Of a stretch of DNA of 64,000 bases, positions 1 through 7,999 are shown in pieces. The stretch is from Fidelibacterota bacterium. GTDB taxonomy: Bacteria > Pseudomonadota > Alphaproteobacteria > Rhodospirillales > Rhodospirillaceae. The DNA is taken from assembly GCA_947476625.1 (NCBI GenBank), contig CANJRA010000003.1:821-64820 (forward strand). Direction: 5' to 3'. Every line of letters begins with the position of its first letter. Position 1 is the first letter of the stretch. A program made the translations under genes and the position numbers. The notes beneath the pieces were generated by a model. It saw only the letters and a program-made list of their open reading frames with translations. It was not told where the DNA came from and made no database searches.

Positions 1-30
1 CGTCTGGGGCCGCATCAGCGGCCCCAGACG
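1..30 (-). terminator. GC-rich hairpin just downstream of the VOC pseudogene stop; possible intrinsic terminator, but any U-tract would lie outside the window
   Basis: Perfect inverted repeat CGTCTGGGGCCGC-ATCA-GCGGCCCCAGACG at 1-30. No T-tract follows it on the + strand. Confidence 0.3.
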
Positions 31-42
31 CTTGCAAGACGG

Positions 43-618
43 CTATGCGGTGACGCCGACGAGTTCGACGCGTGTGCCGTCGGGATCAAGGAGGAAGCCG
101 ATGGAGGTCTTGCCGTTCCGCGTCATCAGCGATTCCTCGACAACCGTGCCGCCGAACTTCTTGGCCAATTCCAGAACAGCATCGACATCGGTCACATCGA
201 AGGCATGATGCGTGAGGCCGCGACGGTTCAACGCCAGGCGCGGGCCGCCGTCTACCGGCTTCGGCGACGTGTAGCATGCGAGCTATAGCCGCACGCCGTC
301 TTTTTGAAGCCACTGAAGTTCGACTTAGATATTCTTAAGCTCGACAAGCTTGTCGATGGCCGAACCGGCCTTCAAGCTTGGACGCTCGATTTTGAAACCG
401 AAAACCTCGGTATAAAAACGTACCGACTTCTGCATGTCCGCTACCTACAGCGTGTAGTTGCGGAATCTGATGCTTACAGCACCTTCGGCCGCCGCTGCCG
501 GCCGACCGATAACGCCTGAAACCAATGCACCAAGCGTAGCACCGCCAGTGAATAGGCGCTGCAGCAGGCTTCGCCGGCCAACGCCGTGTGTTTGCTTTTC
601 TTCGAATTCTGCGTTCAT
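43..618 (-). pseudogene. VOC/glyoxalase-family protein with a Tat-like signal peptide, inactivated by three in-frame stop codons
   Basis: A single frame runs from ATG (618) to TAG (43). The N-terminus reads MNAEFEEKQTHGVGRRSLLQRLFTGGATLGALV...AAAAEG (twin-Arg signal). VOC motifs follow: VADMQKSVRFYTEVFGFKIE and GLTHHAFDVTDVDAVLELAKKFGG...DPDGTRVELV. In-frame stops are TAG at 447-445, TAA at 327-325 and TAG at 285-283. There is no frameshift. Confidence 0.75.
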
Positions 619-693
619 GTTTTCTCCCCCGTATCTATGGACGGGGAGTGTAGCGCAGCGTGCGAAAGCCGGGCAACACCTACAACGCGCATC

Positions 694-1026
694 TTACCCC
701 TTGCGCAAATAATGGATCGTTCCAGCCACATCCGTATCGTCAATCAACTGAAACCGACTGTCACTGCCCGCTTTTCTTGCTTTGGCATAGGGCGCATAGG
801 CCGGATCATTGACAAAGCCCTCGGCAGCCGCGGCCGTCGGAAATTCTAAAAGCGCAATGAGACTGTTCTCGAGCGGCTTGCCCTCTAACACTTTTATATT
901 GCCGCTGCGCGAAAGGTATTTGCCGCCATGCTTGTGCACAATGTCATGTACGGCAGCGGCATACTGCGGCACCCACGCGTCGTCAGTAATTTTAACGTCA
1001 GCGATGATGTAGACACTCATTTTCAC
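694..1026 (-). CDS. DUF1330 domain-containing protein
   Basis: The 110-aa translation (VYIIADVKITDDAWVPQYAAAV...ALLEFPTAAAAEGFVNDPAYAPY) matches the DUF1330 family pattern. Confidence 0.8.
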   Translation of the reverse strand: MKMSVYIIADVKITDDAWVPQYAAAVHDIVHKHGGKYLSRSGNIKVLEGKPLENSLIALLEFPTAAAAEGFVNDPAYAPYAKARKAGSDSRFQLIDDTDVAGTIHYLRKG

Positions 1027-1091
1027 ATCTCCTGATGTAGAGCAGATACGTCTCCCTCGGGATAGAAGGGTGCCCCCGTTTCCGTCATCCT

Positions 1092-1571
1092 CTAGGGAAA
1101 GGGAAGCACATTGGTGTACTTTACCTGCTCCAGAGCAAAACTAGACTCTATAGAAGCAACTGCATCTAGGCGGGTCAACTTTTGTTTTAAAAAAACCTCA
1201 TACGCAGCAACATCAGCGACGACAACACGCAGAAGATAATCTCGCGGCCCTGTCATCAGATAGCATTCCAATACCTCCGGCCACCGTCCGATCGCCTTGG
1301 AGAACTTCTCAAGAGCGTCTTCGCGCTGACGGTCGAGTTTGATCGAGACAAAAACACTGACCGGTAGACCTATACTGGTTTGGTCCAGCACAGCCACATA
1401 TCGGGAAATGACACCCACTGTTTCTAGCCGTCTTATGCGCCTTAAACACGGTGACGCCGAAAGCCCAACCTGCTGCGAAATTTCGGACAAACTCAATCGT
1501 CCATCCTTCTGCAACAACACCAAGATTTTACGATCTATTGGATCGACTGCGCTCTTCGTTATTTTTGCCAC
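1092..1571 (-). CDS. Lrp/AsnC family transcriptional regulator
   Basis: It has an N-terminal HTH (IDRKILVLLQKDGRLSLSEISQQVGLSASPCLRRIRRLE) and a C-terminal RAM/AsnC_trans_reg domain. GTG start. Divergent from the E1 gene. Confidence 0.9.
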   Translation of the reverse strand: MAKITKSAVDPIDRKILVLLQKDGRLSLSEISQQVGLSASPCLRRIRRLETVGVISRYVAVLDQTSIGLPVSVFVSIKLDRQREDALEKFSKAIGRWPEVLECYLMTGPRDYLLRVVVADVAAYEVFLKQKLTRLDAVASIESSFALEQVKYTNVLPFP

Positions 1572-1613
1572 GTTACTCTCCTTGTCCGTTGCGCGGACTT
1601 ATTGTGCATACGT

Positions 1614-1627
1614 TGCCAATATTGGCA
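1614..1627. promoter_or_regulatory. Perfect 14-bp palindrome in the lrp/E1 divergent intergenic region; candidate operator
   Basis: TGCCAATATTGGCA lies in an AT-rich 182-bp intergenic region between the divergent Lrp-family gene and the E1 gene. Confidence 0.3.
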
Positions 1628-1753
1628 GTTTTTGCCATTTTTCTCATACTATCTCATTACACTTTCCATATTTATCGCGAATTCAGCAATATAAGCAATT
1701 TATTGCCGAACGGCGCGGGCCATCATGGCAGCGGATCACATAAGGATTCGTGC

Positions 1754-4177
1754 ATGAGCAATGACGTCAACAGCACCACCTGCGACGAAAATCGTCTGAG
1801 GATTTTACGACAATTAGAACGTAAGGTTCTGTGGCTTGCGAGCTGGATGATCCATAACGCTAATCATGTGCGGGAAAATACTGATGGCCTGAAAATCGGC
1901 GGGCATCAGGCGTCGTCGGCATCGCTCACCACCATCATGACGGCGCTATATTTTTATGTCCTGCGACCTGAAGACCGTGTCGCTGTAAAGCCTCACGCGA
2001 GTCCCAATTTTCATGCCATTCAATATTTGATGGGGCTGCAAACCCGCGAAGCGCTGGAGACTTTTCGCGGCTACAAAGGCGCGCAAAGCTATCCCTCACG
2101 CACGAAGGATACAGACGACGTCGACTTTTCCACCGGCTCCGTCGGCCTTGGTGTTGCGCAGACTTTATTCTCGTCCCTCGCCCAAGATTACGTGAGAACG
2201 CATGGCTGGGGTTTGCAACGACCCGAAGGCCGCATGGTTGCACTCGTGGGTGACGCGGAAATGGACGAAGGCAATATCTTCGAAGCTATTCTGGAAGGTT
2301 GGAAGTGCGGTTTGCGGAACTGTTGGTGGATCATTGACTACAACCGTCAGAGCCTTGACGCCTTCGTGCGCGAAGGGTTGTGGGCACGCTACGAAACCGT
2401 CTTTCGCAATTTTGGCTGGGATGTCGTGATCCTAAAATATGGATCTCTTCTGAAAGCCGCCGCGTTGGAACCGGGCGGCGATAAACTCATCTCCTGGATC
2501 GACAACTGTCCAAACCAGCTCTATTCCGCCCTCGTCTATCAAGGCGGTGCTACGTGGCGGAAACGTTTACGTGAAGAACTTGGCGATCAAGTAAACGCCA
2601 TCATTGAAATTCGCTCCGACGATGAGTTAGCGCGACTCATGACCAACCTCGCGGGTCATGATCTCCCTGCACTCATCGAGGCATTTAGTCAGGCGCAGAG
2701 TGATCAGCCCACCTGCTTTATTTGTTATACCGTGAAGGGGCTTGGGCTGCCCCTTGCCGGACATAAAGACAATCACGCGGGGCTGATGACGCCCGCGCAG
2801 ATGAAAGAATTCCGCTCATCGATGCACATTCGTCCAGGTCATGAGTGGGAGCCATACGAAGGATTAGAGGTGCCGCCAGACAGCATCGATCATTTCTTGA
2901 AAGGCGTTCCTTTCGCGGCCAAGGGGCGCCGCCGCTACGCCGGCGCTTACATTGATCCACCGCGTTATTTACCAATTCCTTCCGCAGCAACACTCTCAAC
3001 GCAAGCCGGCTTCGGCCATTTTCTCGCCGAACTTGGTAAACAGACGACGCCATTTACCGAAAGAATTGTGACAACGTCGCCGGACGTCACGGTGTCTACG
3101 AACTTAGGCGGATGGGTTAATCGCAAAGGTCTGTTCGCACGCAACGAAGTCACGGACACCTTTAAGACAGAGCGCATTCCCTCGACCTACAACTGGGCCT
3201 CTTCACCCAAGGGGCAACACATCGAACTCGGCATTGCCGAATCCAATCTTTTCATCCTGCTTTCAGCACTTGGTCTTTCTTACAGCATTCACGATGAACC
3301 GTTGTTTCCCATTGGCACGCTGTACGATCCGTTCATTTCACGCGGCCTCGATGCACTTAATTACGCCTGCTATCAAAATGCGCGCTTTATTCTCGCCGCA
3401 ACGCCGTCTGGCATCTCACTTGCTCCGGAAGGCGGCGCGCACCAATCCATAGCTACACCTTTAATAGGAATGTCCCAGCCCGGTCTCACATCCTTCGAAC
3501 CTGCTTATGTCGATGAGCTGTCCATTATACTGGCGTGGGCGTTCGACCATATTCAGCAACAGGACTCCGGCGAACGATTGGGCGCTAACTGCCTGAACGA
3601 TGCGAAGGGAGGCTCTATATACCTCCGTCTTTCAACGCGTCCTTTGGAGCAACCCAAACGCATTCTCTCGGAAGACGATAAAGCCGACCTGATTGACGGC
3701 GCGTATTGGCTGAGAAGGCCTGGACCGAATTGCGAGGTCGTCGTCGCCTATAGTGGCGTCGTAGCGCCGGAAGCAATTGCTGCCGTTGGCCTCATGGCCG
3801 AAGATCGCCGAGACATCGGCCTGCTGGCCATCACATCACTTAAACGGCTGTATGCAGGCTGGACGGCGGCCTGCCGCGCACGCGATGAAGGTCTGCATGC
3901 AGCACGCTCGCACATCGAACGCCTTTTCGCCGACGTTCCCGGAAGCTGCAGCTTCATTACCGTTATCGACGGTCACCCGAGCGCCTTGTCGTGGATCGGG
4001 AGCGTAAAAGGACATCGCACCCGCGCCCTCGGCGTCGACGACTTCGGCCAAACCGGTACGATTGCAGACCTCTATCGTCATTACGGAATCGGCACCAAGG
4101 CCATCTGCGATGCCGCCAACGCGATGAGTCGCGCAAGACCCATTAGATATGCGGATGCCTCCATGGCTCAGAGGTAG
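1754..4177 (+). CDS. Homodimeric-type 2-oxoacid (pyruvate) dehydrogenase E1 component-like ThDP enzyme (AceE-like, 807 aa)
   Basis: The translation is AceE/transketolase-like throughout. The ThDP motif is VGDAEMDEGNIFEAI...IIDYNRQSLD. I chose the start at the ATG giving MSNDVNS..., because the upstream part of ORF 1451 overlaps lrp and the promoter region. Confidence 0.85.
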   Translation: MSNDVNSTTCDENRLRILRQLERKVLWLASWMIHNANHVRENTDGLKIGGHQASSASLTTIMTALYFYVLRPEDRVAVKPHASPNFHAIQYLMGLQTREALETFRGYKGAQSYPSRTKDTDDVDFSTGSVGLGVAQTLFSSLAQDYVRTHGWGLQRPEGRMVALVGDAEMDEGNIFEAILEGWKCGLRNCWWIIDYNRQSLDAFVREGLWARYETVFRNFGWDVVILKYGSLLKAAALEPGGDKLISWIDNCPNQLYSALVYQGGATWRKRLREELGDQVNAIIEIRSDDELARLMTNLAGHDLPALIEAFSQAQSDQPTCFICYTVKGLGLPLAGHKDNHAGLMTPAQMKEFRSSMHIRPGHEWEPYEGLEVPPDSIDHFLKGVPFAAKGRRRYAGAYIDPPRYLPIPSAATLSTQAGFGHFLAELGKQTTPFTERIVTTSPDVTVSTNLGGWVNRKGLFARNEVTDTFKTERIPSTYNWASSPKGQHIELGIAESNLFILLSALGLSYSIHDEPLFPIGTLYDPFISRGLDALNYACYQNARFILAATPSGISLAPEGGAHQSIATPLIGMSQPGLTSFEPAYVDELSIILAWAFDHIQQQDSGERLGANCLNDAKGGSIYLRLSTRPLEQPKRILSEDDKADLIDGAYWLRRPGPNCEVVVAYSGVVAPEAIAAVGLMAEDRRDIGLLAITSLKRLYAGWTAACRARDEGLHAARSHIERLFADVPGSCSFITVIDGHPSALSWIGSVKGHRTRALGVDDFGQTGTIADLYRHYGIGTKAICDAANAMSRARPIRYADASMAQR

Positions 4178-4262
4178 GTCGATCAAAGGCTGGAGCGCGG
4201 GAATCTAACCGCGCTGCCGAAGGCAGCCAACAAAACTACGAGGGTTTGCTACTCAGCAGGAA

Positions 4263-4336
4263 TGGAGCGGGTGAAGGGAATCGAACCCTCGTCGTAAGCT
4301 TGGAAGGCTTCTGCTCTACCATTGAGCTACACCCGC
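4263..4336 (-). tRNA. tRNA-Gly (anticodon UCC)
   Basis: Reverse complement is GCGGGTGTAGCTCAATGGTAGAGCAGAAGCCTTCCAAGCTTACGACGAGGGTTCGATTCCCTTCACCCGCTCCA. It folds as a cloverleaf with anticodon loop CTTCCAA and an encoded CCA. Confidence 0.93.
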
Positions 4337-4380
4337 GCGGGGACCGTTTTACGCAACTGCCGGTGAAAGCAGCAAGGAGT

Positions 4381-4641
4381 TTATACGTCCGAGCCCTCGG
4401 TCTTGAGGGGGTCCAGAAATGGCTCGACCTTACCGCGCAGCAGGATCGTCATGGGATTACCCTTGCGGTCCAGGCTTTTGCCCGCGGCAACGCGAATCCA
4501 ACCTTCGCTCACGCAATATTCTTCGACGTTCGTCTTCTGGATGCCATTGAACCGGATGCCGACGCCATTCTTCAGCAGTTCCTCATTATAATGAGGGCTG
4601 TTCGGATTGACGGAGAGGCGGTCGGGGAAAGTGTCGGACAT
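4381..4641 (-). CDS. DUF3297 family protein (86 aa)
   Basis: MSDTFPDRLSVNPNSPHYNEELLKNGVGIRFNGIQKTNVEEYCVSEGWIRV... is a DUF3297-like sequence. The ORF was trimmed to the internal ATG because its 5' extension runs through tRNA-Tyr. Confidence 0.8.
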   Translation of the reverse strand: MSDTFPDRLSVNPNSPHYNEELLKNGVGIRFNGIQKTNVEEYCVSEGWIRVAAGKSLDRKGNPMTILLRGKVEPFLDPLKTEGSDV

Positions 4642-4695
4642 ATCTGGCTTCCGTGACTGGGCGGCAGTCCTTACGCCGCAGCCGAAGGTGAAAAG

Positions 4696-4782
4696 TGGTG
4701 GAGGGGGAAGGATTCGAACCTTCGTAGACGTGAAGTCGGCAGATTTACAGTCTGCTGCCATTGACCGCTCGGCCACCCCTCC
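4696..4782 (-). tRNA. tRNA-Tyr (anticodon GUA), long variable arm
   Basis: Reverse complement is GGAGGGGTGGCCGAGCGGTCAATGGCAGCAGACTGTAAATCTGCCGACTTCACGTCTACGAAGGTTCGAATCCTTCCCCCTCCACCA. Anticodon loop is CTGTAAA. Confidence 0.93.
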
Positions 4783-4901
4783 TAACCCAAGGAATCCCTT
4801 AGCAAAGGGGCCCCGTGAGAGGCGCTTGAAGTAGGGGTTTTGGGCATTGCTTGTCAACGTGAAAGAAGCCGTTTAGGCAGTGGCAAAAGGAAATACTCAA
4901 A

Positions 4902-6110
4902 ATGAAAAAAAACAAGCATCCGGGGCGTGGCCAGGGTCACCCCTCCTCCCGCCCGAATTCCGACCGCAAGCCCGGCCAAAGGCCCGAACGAACCCGGGGC
5001 TTTGGCGCCGAGGCCAAGCGCGCGCCCAAATCGCAGCAAGACCGCGGCACAAGGCCTGAGCGGGATAGAAACGCGCGGCTGCAGCAAGAACGGTCGGCCC
5101 GTCCGGATCAACGTGGCCCCCGCCCTGACCGGGATAGAAACGCGAAGCCTCACCAAGAGCGGCCGTCCCGTACCGAACACCGCGCCCCACGGCCTGAGCG
5201 CGACAGACACGCGAAACCTCACCAAGAGCGGTCGCCGCGTCCGGAACAGCAAGCCCCACGGCCCGAGCGCGAGCGCCCGCCGAGACCTGAGCGCGTGCCA
5301 GCCCCTCCTCGCCCCGCCCCTTCTCACCCTGAGCGCGAGCGCGAATCCCATGGCTCCGCCGCACGCCGTTTAGGGGAAATTTGGATTTACGGCCACCATC
5401 CCGCCGCCGCGGCGCTGGCCAATCCGGATCGCAAGATTCTCCGGATTATCGCAACACCAGAAGCGACCGCGAAATTAAGCGCCGACACCGCGATCCAGCC
5501 GCGCACGCTTGGACTGATCAAAGAGGCCTCGCGCAAGGAGATCGACGCGCTGGTGGGCGAAGACGCTGTGCACCAGGGCGTTGCGGTACATGTGCATACA
5601 CTTGATCATGAACTGGCTGAGGTGCTCGAACGCATCGTCGATGTCCCCAATGCCTGTATCGTGGTGTTGGATCAGGTGACGGACCCGCACAATGTAGGAG
5701 CCATTCTCCGATCTGCCGCAGCCTTTGGCGCAGCCGCAGTCTTAGCGCCCGACCGTCATGCGCCCGACGAAAGCGGCACCATGGCGAAGTCCGCTTCCGG
5801 GGCGCTCGATAAGATTCCTTATATAAAAGCTGGCAACCTGGTGCGCGCGCTCGAGCTCCTGAAGGAACATAAGTTCTGGTTGGTGGGCCTGGAGGCAGAA
5901 GCGCCGCAGCAATTGGCGGACATCAAGCTCGACGGCCGGATCGCCTTGGTCGTGGGCGCCGAAGGTGAAGGCCTACGCCGGCTGGTACGCGAAACCTGCG
6001 ACCATGTCGCCGCCCTACCCATGGCGGGAAATATCGAAAGCCTCAACGTGTCCAATGCCGCGGCGGTGGCGCTTTACGAGCGCGCCCGTCAGGTGAAGCC
6101 ACGCGCTTGA
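4902..6110 (+). CDS. rlmB: 23S rRNA (guanosine-2'-O)-methyltransferase RlmB (SpoU/TrmH family) with a ~150-aa Arg/Pro/Glu-rich repetitive N-terminal extension
   Basis: The C-terminal two thirds carry SpoU motifs (DQVTDPHNVGAILRSAAAFGA, LVVGAEGEGLRRLVRE, ESLNVSNAAAVALYE). The N-terminus is low-complexity repeats. Confidence 0.9.
   Translation: MKKNKHPGRGQGHPSSRPNSDRKPGQRPERTRGFGAEAKRAPKSQQDRGTRPERDRNARLQQERSARPDQRGPRPDRDRNAKPHQERPSRTEHRAPRPERDRHAKPHQERSPRPEQQAPRPERERPPRPERVPAPPRPAPSHPERERESHGSAARRLGEIWIYGHHPAAAALANPDRKILRIIATPEATAKLSADTAIQPRTLGLIKEASRKEIDALVGEDAVHQGVAVHVHTLDHELAEVLERIVDVPNACIVVLDQVTDPHNVGAILRSAAAFGAAAVLAPDRHAPDESGTMAKSASGALDKIPYIKAGNLVRALELLKEHKFWLVGLEAEAPQQLADIKLDGRIALVVGAEGEGLRRLVRETCDHVAALPMAGNIESLNVSNAAAVALYERARQVKPRA
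5052..5300 (+). repeat. Coding tandem repeat: three 69-bp (23-aa) units plus a partial fourth
   Basis: The units are RPERDRNARLQQERSARPDQRGP, RPDRDRNAKPHQERPSRTEHRAP and RPERDRHAKPHQERSPRPEQQAP, followed by RPERERPPRPER... Unit boundaries are at 5052, 5121, 5190 and 5259. Confidence 0.85.
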
Positions 6111-6153
6111 TGTTTTAACCTCGGGGCTCTATTTTCCCGCCGCGTCAGAATGT

Positions 6154-6229
<76 letters not shown>

Positions 6230-6332
6230 TTTATATCCCTCTAGGTCAATGACTTAGGGGTGGTTAGGCTACTTTCTCAAGTTGTCTAATTTGCTCTTTG
6301 GGGCGTAGATGGGGCGCGAAAATCTGGGATAG

Positions 6333-6659
6333 CCCTTCCGCTTCGAGCAATATCGCCGCAATCCGGATTTCATCCAGCGCTATATTTTTCCTGGCGGCAT
6401 GCTGCCGTCCGTTGAACGCCTGAAGGTGCAAGTTGAACATGCTAAGCTGCGCTTCGACGACGCAATGATGTTCGGAGAAAGTTATGCAGCAACTCTAAAA
6501 CTCTGGCGCGACCGCTTTCTCGCAACCTGGAGCACCATCGAACCGCTCGGGTTCGACGACCGTTTCCGCCGCATGTGGGAAATGTATCTCGCCTATTGCG
6601 AAGGCGGATTCCGCAGCAAAGCCATCAATGTCGGGCAGTTCAAGTTAGTACGGCCTTAG
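6333..6659 (+). pseudogene. 5'-truncated remnant (C-terminal ~108 aa) of a cyclopropane-fatty-acyl-phospholipid synthase family (Cfa-like) methyltransferase
   Basis: The open frame from 6333 reads PFRFEQYRRNPDFIQRYIFPGGMLPSVERL...WRMWEMYLAYCEGGFRSKAINVGQFKL. This is the conserved C-terminal end of CFA synthases. The SAM-binding N-terminal two thirds are absent, and the frame is closed by TAG at 6330. Confidence 0.75.
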
Positions 6660-6680
6660 TTTCGTTATCGGGAGAACAAC

Positions 6681-7073
6681 ATGCGCGACATGAGCGAACC
6701 ACAACGGCCTGCACGCAACGTTCTGGGCGGTTCACTGGTATTGTGTTCGTCCAAGCCGATGACCGGCTTCTTCCGCGACGGTTGCTGCAACACCGGTCCC
6801 ACCGATGTGGGCTCTCACACCGTCTGCGTGGTCCTCACTGCCGAATTTCTAGCCTTTAGCAAAAGCTCCGGTAACGATCTATCGACGCCAATGCCCGCAT
6901 ATGGCTTTCCAGGACTAAAGCCTGGCGACCGCTGGTGCTTGTGCGCACCGCGCTGGCAGGAGGCGCTGGACGCAGGTGCGGCGCCTCAGGTCGTGCTGAC
7001 GGCCACGCACGAAGGCGCGCTGGAACATACCGCGCTGGCCGATCTCAAAAAATATGCCGTGGATTTAATGTAG
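6681..7073 (+). CDS. DUF2237 family protein
   Basis: NVLGGSLVLCSSKPMTGFFRDGCCNTGPTDVGSHTVCVVLTAEFLAFSKSSGNDLSTP...RWCLCAPRW is the typical DUF2237 sequence. Confidence 0.85.
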   Translation: MRDMSEPQRPARNVLGGSLVLCSSKPMTGFFRDGCCNTGPTDVGSHTVCVVLTAEFLAFSKSSGNDLSTPMPAYGFPGLKPGDRWCLCAPRWQEALDAGAAPQVVLTATHEGALEHTALADLKKYAVDLM

Positions 7074-7075
7074 GC

Positions 7076-7999
7076 TCAGAGGCCGAACATGCTGAGCGAC
7101 ACGTGCTTATCGATGACGACCGCCAGGAACACACCCGCCAGGTATTGCATCGAGAACAGGAAGTTGCGCTTGGCCAGTTCGCGCGACGGGTCGCGGACAA
7201 GTTTCCAGTTCAGCCATAAAAAGCGCGCACCGAAAGCGGTCGATACAACAGCGTAAAGAATTCCAAGCTGGCCGAACACATTGGGCAGCAGCGCCGAAAT
7301 CACCAGCGCGATGGTGTTGGCGAAAATCCATTTGGCGCAGACCGCATCACCCATCACCACCGGCAGCATCGGCACGCCGGCTTTGGCGTAATCGTCTTTG
7401 ATCAAAATCGCGAGCGACCAGAAGTGCGACGGCGTCCACAGAAACAGCGTGATCGCCATCAGAGACGGCAGCAGCCATTGCGTTGAATCCACGACTGCCG
7501 CGCCGGCAAGAACCGCAAAGCTGCCGGCAGCGCCGCCGATGATGATGTTGGTCCAGTGCAGTCGCTTCAGCCACACCGTGTAAACAATGCCGTAGACGAA
7601 AGCGCCGAGGAAAAGGTGGATTGCCACAACCCAATTGAAGGCTAACACGGCGATCACGCAGCCCGTCAGCAGAAGCGCGCCGGCGAACCAGAGCGCGCGG
7701 CCCGCATCGAGCGTACCGGCGGCCAGCGGACGCTGCGCCGTGCGCGGCATCAAGCGGTCGAGATCACGATCATAAAATTGATTGAACACCGCCGAGCCAG
7801 AAGAACCCAACAGCATTGCCACGAACAGAATAGCCAACTTCGTGCCGTCGACCTTGGTCGCGACCGCGGCATAGCCCGCCATAGCGCTCAGTGCGATGAG
7901 AAAGCCGATACGAAGCTTCATCAGCTCTAGATAGCTGCGGATCTGCAAGGTTTTGACCTGTCCCGTCCGAGGAGCTTTTCTAAGCTCTTGATAAATCAA
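7076..7999 (-). CDS. ctaB: Protoheme IX farnesyltransferase (heme O synthase)
   Basis: It is a UbiA-family multi-TM protein with the motifs NQFYDRDLDRLMPRTAQRPLAAG and DDYAKAGVPMLPVV. The TTG start overlaps the stop of the upstream ORF (TTGA). Confidence 0.92.
   Translation of the reverse strand: MIYQELRKAPRTGQVKTLQIRSYLELMKLRIGFLIALSAMAGYAAVATKVDGTKLAILFVAMLLGSSGSAVFNQFYDRDLDRLMPRTAQRPLAAGTLDAGRALWFAGALLLTGCVIAVLAFNWVVAIHLFLGAFVYGIVYTVWLKRLHWTNIIIGGAAGSFAVLAGAAVVDSTQWLLPSLMAITLFLWTPSHFWSLAILIKDDYAKAGVPMLPVVMGDAVCAKWIFANTIALVISALLPNVFGQLGILYAVVSTAFGARFLWLNWKLVRDPSRELAKRNFLFSMQYLAGVFLAVVIDKHVSLSMFGL

Noticed and set aside
1451-1753. 5' extension of the E1 ORF (908-aa version starting at 1451).
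   Set aside because: The extension overlaps the lrp-family CDS and the AT-rich promoter region and translates to non-homologous sequence. AceE-like similarity begins after the ATG at 1754.
4246-4857. ORFs 4246..4656 (+), 4607..4834 (+) and the full-length 4381..4857 (-).
   Set aside because: They run through tRNA-Gly and/or tRNA-Tyr. Only the 4381..4641 portion (DUF3297) looks like a real protein.
4854-5373. Three overlapping ORFs (4854..5351 -, 4897..5364 -, 4927..5373 +) across the rlmB 5' region.
   Set aside because: They are artefacts of the stop-free 69-bp GC-rich tandem repeat. Only the rlmB frame continues into a recognisable domain.
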